33,695 nucleotides of DNA from Candidatus Methanofastidiosia archaeon. GTDB taxonomy: Archaea; Methanobacteriota_B; Thermococci; Methanofastidiosales; SZ-28-30. The notes below the pieces were generated by a model. It was not told the DNA's origin and made no database searches. It saw only the letters and a list, made by a program, of their open reading frames with translations. The stretch lies in assembly GCA_046760205.1 (NCBI GenBank), contig JBHIDS010000003.1, positions 1 through 33,695 on the forward strand, in the 5' to 3' direction. This document shows, piece after piece, positions 8,385-17,696 of the stretch. Position 1 is the first letter of the stretch. Each line of letters begins with the position of its first letter. Both the position numbers and the translations under genes were made by a program.

Positions 8385-9293
8385 ATGAAGATTTCAGTGA
8401 TAATTCCAACCTTAAATGAGGAAAAAACCATAGAGGAAGTAATTGAGGGTTTTAAAAAACAGAAGGTTTCAGAGATAATAGTGGTAGATGGAAACTCTCA
8501 GGATGAAACGAGAAGGATTGCAAGAAGGCTTGGTGCTGAGGTTTTCATACAGCCTGAAAAGGGGAAGGGAGAGGCTGTGCTTTATGGTTTTGAGAAAGCC
8601 TCTGGAGATGTTTTAGTTCTCATAGATGGAGATGCCACCTATCTTCCAGAAGAGCTTCCAAAGCTTTTAAAACCTCTCGATGAAGGGTGTGAGCATGTAA
8701 TTGGAAAAAGGAAATTCTCAAGTGGCGCCATCACTAAGTTCAACATGCTGGGAAACAAAATTTTGAACAAGATGTTTGGAATGTTCTATGGAGAGTTCTT
8801 CTCTGACATCTTGACAGGTTACAGAGTGATAACAAAAGATGCCTTTGAGAGATTGGATTTGGCATCCATGGGATTTGGAATAGAACCAGAGCTCCTCATC
8901 GAGAGCATAAGAAAGAGAGTTAAGATTTGTGAGGTGGAGATTTCCTACCTTAGGCGGCCCAAGGGAAGCAAGACCAAACTTCACCCTCTGAGAGATGGTC
9001 TAAAGATTGGATTAACTATCTACAGATTGACGAGGCTGCACAACCCACTCTTTTTCTTTGGGATAATTGGAGCTGTTTTTTTGATCATTGGATTTTTCTT
9101 CGGAACCATCATTCTACAGGAATACTTCAGAACTGGATTTGTGACGAGAATTCCATTGACCATTCTATCCATATTGCTTCTCCTTGGTGGTTTGAATTTC
9201 TTGCTTATTGCAGTTATTGCAGATTTGATAATAATGCTTCATAAAGACACCATGAACCTGATACAGAGGCTCGAATTTTCAAACAAGAAATGA
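8385..9293 (+). CDS. aglJ: GT2 dolichol-phosphate glycosyltransferase, AglJ-like
   Basis: IIPTLNEE, VVDGNSQDET, GKGEAV, the DxD motif DGDATY, FGIEPE and KLHPLRDG, plus two C-terminal TM helices. SD GGAGG. Confidence 0.75.
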   Translation: MKISVIIPTLNEEKTIEEVIEGFKKQKVSEIIVVDGNSQDETRRIARRLGAEVFIQPEKGKGEAVLYGFEKASGDVLVLIDGDATYLPEELPKLLKPLDEGCEHVIGKRKFSSGAITKFNMLGNKILNKMFGMFYGEFFSDILTGYRVITKDAFERLDLASMGFGIEPELLIESIRKRVKICEVEISYLRRPKGSKTKLHPLRDGLKIGLTIYRLTRLHNPLFFFGIIGAVFLIIGFFFGTIILQEYFRTGFVTRIPLTILSILLLLGGLNFLLIAVIADLIIMLHKDTMNLIQRLEFSNKK

Positions 9294-9309
9294 TTTAAGA
9301 GGCATTTAG

Positions 9310-10236
9310 GTGAAAAAAATAGGAATAACTGGAGCTGGTGGGTATGTTGGAGCCATGCTTTGCCAAAAATTGAAAGAGGACTATGAGTTGGTTTTGATCG
9401 ATGACTTAAGTAACTCTCAGATAACTGAAATTAACGATATAAAAATAAAAAAACAAGATGTTTATGATTTTGATGGTTTAAAAGAGTTGTTGGATGTTGA
9501 TTTGGTTGTTCATTTGGCAGCCCTCTCAGGGGTCTTAGAGTGTGATGAAAATCCAACTCTTGCATACAAGACCAACGTAATAGGGACGCTGAATATCTGT
9601 GAGGTCTGCAGAGAGAGGAAAATCCCCCTGATATTCTCTTCTTCTGTTGGCGTCATTGGAGATCCAAAACAGCTTCCAATAAAAGAGGACCATCCCCTAA
9701 ATCCCTTAAACCTGTATGGCTTCACAAAAAAAATTGCACAAGAAAACATAATCTCATACTCTAAGGATTTTCCAGCCTACATTCTCATCAAAACCAACAT
9801 CTATGGAAGCTACTCTGTTGATGGCAAAAAGATCAGTAAAAACTCTGTCATAAACATCTTTTTAGACAATGCAAAAGAGAGAAAACCCTTGATGATAAAC
9901 AAACCTGGCACGCAGGCGAGAGACTTTATCTATATTTCAGATGTGATAGAGGCATATCTTTTGGCAATTAAAAAAATCGAAAAAGAAAAAAACGGGACAA
10001 AGCTTTTCTGCATAGGGAGTGGAAAATCCACATCCATAGTTGATGTAGCAGAGATGATAAAGGGCGTTGCATTGGAAAAGGCTTTTGAAGTCCAAGTTCA
10101 GATGAGAGAAAACCCAAGAAAGAGAGAGACTCTCATAGAGGAGTTTTACGTTGATATCAGTAAGGCAAAAGAATACCTAAATTTTAAACCTCAGCATAGA
10201 TTGGAGAGAGATTTGAGAGAGATGTTTGCTGATTGA
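9310..10236 (+). CDS. NAD-dependent epimerase/dehydratase
   Basis: TGAGGYVG, HLAA, YGFTK and RDFIYISD. Confidence 0.88.
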   Translation: MKKIGITGAGGYVGAMLCQKLKEDYELVLIDDLSNSQITEINDIKIKKQDVYDFDGLKELLDVDLVVHLAALSGVLECDENPTLAYKTNVIGTLNICEVCRERKIPLIFSSSVGVIGDPKQLPIKEDHPLNPLNLYGFTKKIAQENIISYSKDFPAYILIKTNIYGSYSVDGKKISKNSVINIFLDNAKERKPLMINKPGTQARDFIYISDVIEAYLLAIKKIEKEKNGTKLFCIGSGKSTSIVDVAEMIKGVALEKAFEVQVQMRENPRKRETLIEEFYVDISKAKEYLNFKPQHRLERDLREMFAD

Positions 10237-10239
10237 AAT

Positions 10240-10253
10240 CGAAATGTTTATAT
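10240..10253 (+). promoter_or_regulatory. BRE-TATA promoter
   Basis: CGAAATGTTTATAT, identical to 8327-8340, upstream of the GT4 gene. Confidence 0.6.
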
Positions 10254-10290
10254 GGTTTCTCGAGATTGAAGGGGTGTTTGAGATTGAGGT

Positions 10291-11445
10291 ATGAGGGGGG
10301 GTGATGTGAAAATAACTTTGATTGGACCCTCAAAACTTTTCATAAGTGGAATAAGCATCTATACCATAAGATTAGCCAATGCACTCTCGAAAAAAAACCA
10401 AATTTCAGTTGTGTGTCTGAGAAAACTGTTGCCAAGAATACTGTTTCCAGGAAAAAAGAGAATTGGAGAGAATATTTCAAACTTTGAGTTTTCTAAGGGA
10501 ATAAGAATCTTTGATGGAGTTAACTACGCCTCTCCTCTAAGCTGGATAGGTGCTTTGAGATTCATTGAAAGGATAAACCCCGATGTTGTCATCTTTCAAT
10601 GGTGGTCATCCTCAGTTCTCCATACATATATATTAATAAGATTTTTTTTGAAAGTAAAAACCAAAATCGTTGTTGAGATGCATGAAGTTATAGATCCTGT
10701 AGAGAGTAGAACCTTTATAGTTAGATTGTATTCTAAGATCTTTGGAAGATTCTTTCTAAAAAACCTTGATGGATACATAACTCACTCAGAACACGACAAA
10801 AAGCTGGTTTCTGAAACATACGATATAGACGAAAAAAGGATAAAAGTAATACCTCATGGTTTGTACGACCAATACAAAAAGATAGATCGAAAAATTGCAA
10901 AGAGTTCATTAAACATTGAGGAAGAGTTTGTAATTTTGTACTTTGGTTTGATCAGAAGGTACAAAGGTGTTTTTCATTTAATCGATGCCTTCGAGATTCT
11001 GCCTAAGGAGATTCTAGAAAAATCTCGGTTAGTCCTTGTGGGAGAAATCTGGGATGAAGAAAAGAAGCTAAAAAAAAGGATAGATTCATCAAACCTGAGA
11101 GACAGAATAACCTTAGTGGATAGGTATGTTTACGATAGAGAACTCGAGAACTTTTTCTCCTGTGCAGATGTCGTTGTCCTTCCATACTTAAGAGCATCTC
11201 AGAGTGGCGTTGCTCACATAGCGATGGCTTATGGAAAGCCTGTAGTTGTTTCCAAGGTGGGTGGACTTGGAGAGGCATTGGAAATTTATGAAGGAACCTT
11301 TTTTGTAAACCCAGAAGTTCCAGTGGATATCGCAGAAAAGATTACAAAGGTCTATAAAACCTCAAAAAGTTATGAGTCTCCCCAAGAGTACAGATGGGAA
11401 AAGGTATCTAGAAAGTACCTTGAGTTTTTGGAGGATGATTTTTGA
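10291..11445 (+). CDS. Glycosyltransferase family 4
   Basis: FGLIRRYKG and VVLPYLRASQSGVAHIAMAYGKPVV. The start could be GTG 10306. Confidence 0.88.
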   Translation: MRGGDVKITLIGPSKLFISGISIYTIRLANALSKKNQISVVCLRKLLPRILFPGKKRIGENISNFEFSKGIRIFDGVNYASPLSWIGALRFIERINPDVVIFQWWSSSVLHTYILIRFFLKVKTKIVVEMHEVIDPVESRTFIVRLYSKIFGRFFLKNLDGYITHSEHDKKLVSETYDIDEKRIKVIPHGLYDQYKKIDRKIAKSSLNIEEEFVILYFGLIRRYKGVFHLIDAFEILPKEILEKSRLVLVGEIWDEEKKLKKRIDSSNLRDRITLVDRYVYDRELENFFSCADVVVLPYLRASQSGVAHIAMAYGKPVVVSKVGGLGEALEIYEGTFFVNPEVPVDIAEKITKVYKTSKSYESPQEYRWEKVSRKYLEFLEDDF

Positions 11446-12534
11446 ATGCACTTAAATACTCTCAAGTATATCAACCATTTCATATCCTCAAAGATTGCAA
11501 GATTTACCTATAAAACTCAAGGTCCTCTATTTCTGAATATGGCACTAACCTATAGGTGTAATTCCAAATGTCAAATGTGCAACATCTGGAAAACCTACAA
11601 AAAAAATTCACAAAAAGCTACTCAGGAATTGAGGATTCAAGATTACGAAAGATTTTTCAATGATAACAAGAAATATCTTAAAGACCTCTTGCAGATTGCA
11701 ATCACAGGAGGAGAACCTTTTCTTCGAGAAGATCTTGTAGAGTTGGTGAAAATCATACACAAATTGTATCCAAGAGCTTTCATAGACCTCTCCACCAACG
11801 GATTCTTATCAAAAAGGATTACAAGCACAGTTGAGAAGTTCTTTAAAGAGAACCCAATTTTGAGGCTTCAAGTGAGTGTCTCTTTAGATGGAATTGGTGA
11901 AGTTCATGATGAGATAAGAGGAGTAAAAGGAGCCTTTGAAAAGGTAAGAACAACTTGTGAACTTTTGAGAGAACTTAAGGATAGATTCTCAAATCTTGAA
12001 ATCACCCTAAGCTTTACAATTCTTGAATCAAACTATAAAGAGATTTCAAAGGTTTACCAGTTCGCAGAGAGGTATGGAGTAAGATTTACACTCAGACCAG
12101 CTCAAGTGAGTGAAATATACTATCTCAACCCAAACCTAAAGGTATCTTTTCCGAATGATATGATTCAATTCGTTGAGATGAAGGCAAAAGAGATCTCTTT
12201 AGGATATAGAAGTTTTTTCATTCGACACATAAAAAACTATCTGAGAAATCCTAAAAAACAAATAGTTCCATGCTACTCCCTCTTCTACTCAATGTTTACC
12301 GATCCTTTTGGAGATGTTTATCCTTGCACCTTCATCAACTCTTCTGTTGGAAACATAAAAGATGCAGAGTTTTTTGAGAGAATCTGGAATTCCAACAAAA
12401 TAAAATCGATGAGAAAGGAGATAAAGAACAATAGATGTCCAAATTGCTGGACAGAATGTGAGAGCAACAAGTCCATATACCTCGATGGAACATCTCTTCT
12501 TTTTTGGTATATTTTTGAAAGACACCTTAGATAA
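11446..12534 (+). CDS. Radical SAM protein with SPASM/twitch domain
   Basis: CNSKCQMC (CxxxCxxC), TGGEPFLR, VSLDG, and C-terminal PC...GDVYPC...CPNCWTEC. Confidence 0.9.
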   Translation: MHLNTLKYINHFISSKIARFTYKTQGPLFLNMALTYRCNSKCQMCNIWKTYKKNSQKATQELRIQDYERFFNDNKKYLKDLLQIAITGGEPFLREDLVELVKIIHKLYPRAFIDLSTNGFLSKRITSTVEKFFKENPILRLQVSVSLDGIGEVHDEIRGVKGAFEKVRTTCELLRELKDRFSNLEITLSFTILESNYKEISKVYQFAERYGVRFTLRPAQVSEIYYLNPNLKVSFPNDMIQFVEMKAKEISLGYRSFFIRHIKNYLRNPKKQIVPCYSLFYSMFTDPFGDVYPCTFINSSVGNIKDAEFFERIWNSNKIKSMRKEIKNNRCPNCWTECESNKSIYLDGTSLLFWYIFERHLR

Positions 12535-13795
12535 ACTTTTCATACTCGGAGATCAAAGAGTGTGCAAGCTTTTCCAAGGTATGGTTTTTTTGAAAGTACT
12601 CTCTGCCATTTTTTCCAAACTTTTCCTTTTTTTCTAAAGCCTTCTCAATTTTCTCTGCAAGCTCATCGATTTCTGAGGACTTAAAACAGAAACCATTTCT
12701 ATCCTCTCTAACAAGCTCAGGAATCCCTCCGATTCTCGATGCAACCACAGGTAACCCTGAGGCCATTGCCTCTATTATGGTCATTGGACAGTTCTCAGGA
12801 GTTCTCGAAGGTAGGACGAAGAGAGAACTTGTCCTGTAGGCGCATGCCAAATCTGAGGAGAGCAGTCTTCCTGTGAAGACTATCCTTTCATCTTTTTCTA
12901 ATTTCAGGAGATTTTTCCTCTCATTTTCATCCCCCACTATCATAAGTTTAAGATTTTTCCCACAACTTTTTTTGAGAATCTTGAAAGCTTCGATCAAATC
13001 CTCAACTCCCTTGGACTTTGAGAGAGTCCCTACATATAAAATTACTTCGTCATCAGGTTCAACTCCAAATCTCTTTTTAAAATAAACAACCTTTTCCTTT
13101 GAGAGGGTATCAAAGATTTTAGAATCTAAGGCGTTGGGAATGTGAGTGAATCTCTTATCTGGAAAGAATTTCTTGAGAGTTTTGAGCATGTATCTACTTG
13201 GACAGATGATACAGTCTATTTTTTTCAAAAAATATTTCCAAACACTTTTTATTCTAGGAGGTCTGAGCTCTCCTTGACTCAAATAACACCAAGTGCACCT
13301 TAGATAGGAGTAACTTATTCTACAGGATCTTCCATCTCTTCTCACATAGTTATAGTTTCTTGGGCAGATCAAGTCCCAGCCATGAGCGGTAAAGAAGGTA
13401 GGCAATCCCTTCCTCTTTGCAGCGATAAAGGGAGAAAAGCCCAGGGCGTCTATGTTGTGAGAGTGCAAGAGCTCTATATTCTTTTCTTTGATTAAGGTTT
13501 TGATCTTTTTATAGAGTATTGGACTTAACTTCAGACCATAATTTAGAAAAGTGTTTAAAATGGAGTTCATCTGATAAACAACCAAATTTTTCCCTTTAAA
13601 ATCTCTCTGAATTTCTTCATTGATACGATTTTTCCTTTTAGCTCTGAGCCTGTACCCAAGATGATCATAAACAACGTAATTCTCAATTCCCATCTTAGAG
13701 AGGGATAAAGCGTAGTTGTAAGCAGAGATTGCATCTCCACCGACGAAGTGGGGTGGGAAGTTGAAGGATAGGGTTAAGACTTTTTTGAGATTCAT
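12527..13795 (-). CDS. Glycosyltransferase family 4 with Cys-rich insert
   Basis: FPPHFVGG, YVGTLSKSKG, PSRTPENCPMTIIEAM and GGIPELV. ATG 13795 is preferred over the track start at 13804. Confidence 0.87.
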   Translation of the reverse strand: MNLKKVLTLSFNFPPHFVGGDAISAYNYALSLSKMGIENYVVYDHLGYRLRAKRKNRINEEIQRDFKGKNLVVYQMNSILNTFLNYGLKLSPILYKKIKTLIKEKNIELLHSHNIDALGFSPFIAAKRKGLPTFFTAHGWDLICPRNYNYVRRDGRSCRISYSYLRCTWCYLSQGELRPPRIKSVWKYFLKKIDCIICPSRYMLKTLKKFFPDKRFTHIPNALDSKIFDTLSKEKVVYFKKRFGVEPDDEVILYVGTLSKSKGVEDLIEAFKILKKSCGKNLKLMIVGDENERKNLLKLEKDERIVFTGRLLSSDLACAYRTSSLFVLPSRTPENCPMTIIEAMASGLPVVASRIGGIPELVREDRNGFCFKSSEIDELAEKIEKALEKKEKFGKNGREYFQKNHTLEKLAHSLISEYEKFI

Positions 13796-13870
13796 CAAAA
13801 CCACTCTTGCAAAGCATTTATATGGCTTTGTATCATAACAAAATAGAAAAGATTTGAAAAAGGGAATCTC

Positions 13871-15478
13871 ATGAGTATCAAAAAAGCCAAAAGCGAAAAG
13901 AGAGCTTTCGTAATTGGCCTCGATGGTGCAACCTTTGATTTGATAGAGCCTTGGATTGATAAAGGAGAATTGCCTAACCTCTCAGAATTATCAAAAGAAA
14001 GTGCAAGAGGAAAGCTTCTCTCCACAATTCCTCTCTTGAGTCCCCCAGCATGGGCTTCCTTTGCAACAGGTTGCAACCCTGGGAAACATGGGATATTTGA
14101 TTTCTACATCAAAGCCTGCAGAACCTATGAAAAAGCTCCAGTTAGTTCAAGAACTGTGGCATCTGAAACTCTATGGAAAATCTTGGAAAGAAACGGCAAA
14201 AAAATTGGTTTGCTCAACGTTCCGCTAACTTATCCTCCAATTGAAATAAAGGGATTCATGGTCTCAGGCTTAGGGGCTCCGAGTTTTGAAAGTGAGTTTA
14301 CCTACCCTTCGAATTTGAAAGATGAATTGAAGAAAGTCATTGGAGACTATGTAATCGATGTAGAGTATGACCTACATCAAAAGATAGACGTTGATGAATT
14401 CTCAAAAGATTTAGAAAAGATGATAGAATTTAGGAAGAGGGCTTGTATTTTTCTCATGGAAAAATATTCTTGGGATTTTTTCATGGTGGTTTTTGTGGGT
14501 ATTGATAGAATTCAGCATTTGGGATGGGAAAAAAATTCAAATGAATTCAAGGCTATTCTAAAAATCCATAAAAAGATAGACGAGGCTATTGGCGAGATTC
14601 TTTCAAAGCTTGATGAAAATACCATCGTCGTTATCCTATCTGATCATGGATTTCATCAGGTTTACAAGAAGTTTTGTGTGAACACATTTCTAAAGAAGTT
14701 GGGATTGTTGAAAACCAGAAGAAGGCTTGATATTCTTTTCTTTTTTTATCAATTTTTTGAGTTGTCAATAAGAAAACTTCCAAGTTTCGTTAAGAGAAGA
14801 ATTTTGAGAATATTTGATTCTTTTATCTCGAAATATAAGAAGAAAACCTTTATCAGCAATATAAATTGGCAAAAAACCAAAGCCTACATGGATTCACAAT
14901 TTGGTATTTCAATAAACCTAAAGAAAAGAGAACCTCAGGGAATCGTCGATCTCGATGAATGTGAGAAAATAAAGAATTTCTTAATCAAAAATCTCAAAGA
15001 ACTTTGCGATCCAGAAACTGGTGAAAAAATCATCAAAGCTGCTTTCAAAAGAGAAGAGATTTACTCTGGAAATCATTTATCTGAATCTCCAGATATCCTT
15101 TTTTCATTGAAACCTGGATACAACACTTCTGAAAAGTTGATTTCAAAGATCACATCTCAACAAACGAATACATCCGGATTTCATTCGATGAATGGAATCT
15201 TTATGATAAGAGATAGAAGGGTTATCGAAAAAAAGAGTATTGAAGAGGCAAGAATCGTAGACATCACTCCAACTATCTTATATTTGATGGGAGTTCCAGT
15301 TCCAAAGAGCATGGATGGAAGAGTCTTGACCGAGTTGTTCAAAAAGGAGTATCTAAAATCCAATCCAATAGAATATGTAAAAGAAGACATAAAGGTAAAA
15401 AAAACAAAACTTGATGTTTATTCAAAGGAAGATCAAGAAAGGATTGAAAAAAGGTTAAAGGGGTTGGGTTATCTCTAA
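13871..15478 (+). CDS. Alkaline phosphatase superfamily protein (type I phosphodiesterase/nucleotide pyrophosphatase-like)
   Basis: IGLDGAT, SPPAWASFATG, DRIQH, LSDHGF, GFHSMNG, DITPTIL and the C-terminal RLKGLGYL. Confidence 0.88.
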   Translation: MSIKKAKSEKRAFVIGLDGATFDLIEPWIDKGELPNLSELSKESARGKLLSTIPLLSPPAWASFATGCNPGKHGIFDFYIKACRTYEKAPVSSRTVASETLWKILERNGKKIGLLNVPLTYPPIEIKGFMVSGLGAPSFESEFTYPSNLKDELKKVIGDYVIDVEYDLHQKIDVDEFSKDLEKMIEFRKRACIFLMEKYSWDFFMVVFVGIDRIQHLGWEKNSNEFKAILKIHKKIDEAIGEILSKLDENTIVVILSDHGFHQVYKKFCVNTFLKKLGLLKTRRRLDILFFFYQFFELSIRKLPSFVKRRILRIFDSFISKYKKKTFISNINWQKTKAYMDSQFGISINLKKREPQGIVDLDECEKIKNFLIKNLKELCDPETGEKIIKAAFKREEIYSGNHLSESPDILFSLKPGYNTSEKLISKITSQQTNTSGFHSMNGIFMIRDRRVIEKKSIEEARIVDITPTILYLMGVPVPKSMDGRVLTELFKKEYLKSNPIEYVKEDIKVKKTKLDVYSKEDQERIEKRLKGLGYL

Positions 15479-15776
15479 AGTCTTATAAAATTTGATTTTG
15501 TTGAGTGAACAAAAATAGGCTTTGGGCTTGGCATTTGAAGGATGTTGGCAAAAAGAATTAGGGAACTTTATTTCAGATATGCAACCAAAAGCTAATCCCC
15601 ACTTAGATTTCTTGGTTAGTTTTTTGGAATTATTAGACAATCCCATGTGAATAGAAAAATTTATAAAGAAATAAAAGCCATAAAGAAGTAGAAAGATTCA
15701 CTCAGAATGAGCATTTGCGTATTGCGTATATCCCTAACGTTAGGCGACATTTTGCTCGTTAACCAGGAAGATTAGA

Positions 15777-17291
15777 ATGTCCACTGTTGATCCTAGAATC
15801 ATGGAACTTGCAATAGAAGTAGCGAAAAAGTCGAAACCAGAATCTAATAGTCGGATTCATCTAAAAGTTGGTGTAGTTATCGTTAAAAAGGGAAAGGTCT
15901 TAGAGACAGGTTGCAGAGGAGAATTATGCGTGGGAGAACATGCAGAATATACTGTGATTGAAAGAAAATTGAAGAATAGAGATTTAACAGGTTCTGTACT
16001 ATATACTACTCTGGAACCTTGCACAACTCGAAAACATCCCAAAATACCATGTGCTAAATGGATAGTTAAGAGAAGAATACATACAGTGGTAATAGGAATT
16101 TTAGACCCGAATCCAGAAATCCGAGGTAAGGGAGTATTGTTTTTGAGAGAAAATAACATCTTGGTGGAACATTTTCCTGCCGAATTACAATTGAAAATCG
16201 AGGAAATAAATAAAGACTTCATAAAACAAATCAAAAAGAAACTATCTTTTGATGACGAATCCTCAATTGAAGCTCCTTCCGATTATGAAAAGAAACCATT
16301 ATACGCTGCGAGCATAAATGACTTATCGTTGGAATCTATTAGATTCTATTTTCAACGCATTAACTCAAAGATTCCTGTCCCATCGGAAGAACTTTGGCAA
16401 TTTTTCTTGAAAAGAGGTTTTTTGATCATTTCTGGGAAGAAAAGAATCTTAGTTCCAACAGTAGCAGGGCTTCTCCTGTTTGGAAAGGATCCGGAAACCT
16501 TCTTAGTTCAAAGTAAAATAAAAGCAGACTGTTTTCGTGGAAATGAACCGGTTGAAACAATCGATCATTTAGACATTAGAGGACCACTCCCTAAAATAAT
16601 AGACGAAACTACAAAATTCTTCCTTAGAAACATGAAGAGTGCCATGAGGATTGAAGGATTTTCGAGAGTCGAGATTACCGAGTATCCTCTGGAAGCATTA
16701 CGAGAAGCTGTTCGAAATGCTGTAATTCATAGAAATTATGCGATAGAGGGTGCTACTGTGATGGTTAAGATGTTTAGAGATTGGGTTATCATAGAAAGTC
16801 CTGGACTTCTCCCACATCCCTTAACTTTAGAAAAAATTCGCTCCTTGAATTATAAACCAGTTTCAAGAAATCCAATTATAGCGAGGGCGATGTTTGATAT
16901 GAAATTTATGGAAGAAAGAGGAGGCGGAATTAGGAGGATGCACGACGAGATGTTAAATCATGGGCTAAAAGAGCCAATCTTTAATTACGATTCGGGTTAT
17001 TTTACTGTGACTTTCCACGGTCCTGGTGAAAAGATACTGGACATTCACCCCCAAAAAGTAACAATAGTTTATGCAATTGAGCCAGCCAAACTTGCTTTGC
17101 TCAATGAACGACAAAAGGGCATTCTAAAGTATCTTCTTGAGCATGGGAGGATAACAAGTGAGGAATGTACGAGACACTTTAACATCACCAGGGATACAGC
17201 AAACAGAGACTTTAAGAGATTGATTGAAAAGGGATTAATAGAAAAAAGAGGAATAGGACGGGCAACTCATTATGTTCTTAAAGAGAGATAG
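15777..17291 (+). CDS. Zn-dependent deaminase domain fused to a RecG-C/HATPase_c_4-like domain and a C-terminal winged HTH
   Basis: N-terminus has HAE...LEPC-x9-C and DPNP. The middle has PTVAGLLLFGKDP, YPLEALREAVRNAVIHRNY, ESPG, SRNPII and EERGGG. The C-terminus is DeoR-like (LNERQ...TANRDFKRLIEKGLI...G.GR). Confidence 0.8.
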   Translation: MSTVDPRIMELAIEVAKKSKPESNSRIHLKVGVVIVKKGKVLETGCRGELCVGEHAEYTVIERKLKNRDLTGSVLYTTLEPCTTRKHPKIPCAKWIVKRRIHTVVIGILDPNPEIRGKGVLFLRENNILVEHFPAELQLKIEEINKDFIKQIKKKLSFDDESSIEAPSDYEKKPLYAASINDLSLESIRFYFQRINSKIPVPSEELWQFFLKRGFLIISGKKRILVPTVAGLLLFGKDPETFLVQSKIKADCFRGNEPVETIDHLDIRGPLPKIIDETTKFFLRNMKSAMRIEGFSRVEITEYPLEALREAVRNAVIHRNYAIEGATVMVKMFRDWVIIESPGLLPHPLTLEKIRSLNYKPVSRNPIIARAMFDMKFMEERGGGIRRMHDEMLNHGLKEPIFNYDSGYFTVTFHGPGEKILDIHPQKVTIVYAIEPAKLALLNERQKGILKYLLEHGRITSEECTRHFNITRDTANRDFKRLIEKGLIEKRGIGRATHYVLKER

Positions 17292-17294
17292 ATC

Positions 17295-17404
17295 TTGCGT
17301 CAGATTTACGTCAGAAGTTCAACATTTTGCGTCAGATATTATTTTCTCAAAGAATAATGCTTCCTGTCAGATTTACATCTGGTTTTTAAAATTTTGCGTC
17401 AGAT
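17295..17404 (+). repeat. Five copies of a TTGCGTCAGAT-like motif
   Basis: TTGCGTCAGAT at 17295, 17327 and 17394; TTACGTCAGAA at 17306; CTGTCAGAT at 17364. Confidence 0.75.
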
Positions 17405-17430
17405 AGTAGATTTATGTAAGCAAAACGGTC

Positions 17431-17519
17431 GCCTAACACAGCATAAAAGGTTCGTGCTTTACGACATTTACCCAAATTTTTGCTTCGCAAAAACTTCTTT
17501 TATGTTGCTTTCGTTAGCC
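17431..17519 (+). other. attC-like recombination site (89 bp)
   Basis: R'' GCCTAAC (RYYYAAC, 17431-37); arm CATAAAAG (17442-49) pairs with CTTTTATG (17497-504); inner hairpin TTTTTGC-TTC-GCAAAAA (17477-93); R'-like GTTAGCC (17513-19). Confidence 0.65.
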
Positions 17520-17696
17520 AATATACTGCCAGAGAAAGTACTTCACATATATTGTTTTGCAAACCAGAGATTTTTGTGCAAAGTGATACTGAATAATGCA
17601 TTATTGATTGTGAAAAGGGTGATTAGGATTTAGTTCCAAACCCAGCTCTCCAAAAAGCTTATATTGATGTTTCTAAACATCTTAGGAGTGGCTTGA

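Larger units (their letters stand above)
15739..17519 (+). mobile_element. Putative integron gene cassette (single cassette, no integrase in window)
   Basis: Starts with the core site GTTAGGCGAC (15739-15748), 38 nt before a single ORF. Ends in an attC-like site whose inverse core GTCGCCTAAC (17428-17437) is the exact reverse complement of that core. Confidence 0.65.

Noticed and set aside
15479-15738. Possible decayed gene or earlier cassette upstream of the core site
   Set aside because: Only short, stop-interrupted frames with no recognisable family, and no matching left-hand RYYYAAC for a complete second attC.
15777-16240. Calling the deaminase ribD
   Set aside because: No reductase domain, no riboflavin genes nearby, and it is fused to an unrelated scaffold.
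17295-17404. GTCAGA repeats as a CRISPR array
   Set aside because: Units are only about 11 bp with irregular spacing, there are no spacer-sized unique sequences in register, and no cas genes.
17592-17605. Perfect 14-bp palindrome AATAATGCATTATT
   Set aside because: A single AT-rich instance with no second copy or assignable regulator.
17394-17633. 79-aa ORF
   Set aside because: TTG start, runs through the repeats and the attC-like site, and has no recognisable protein features.
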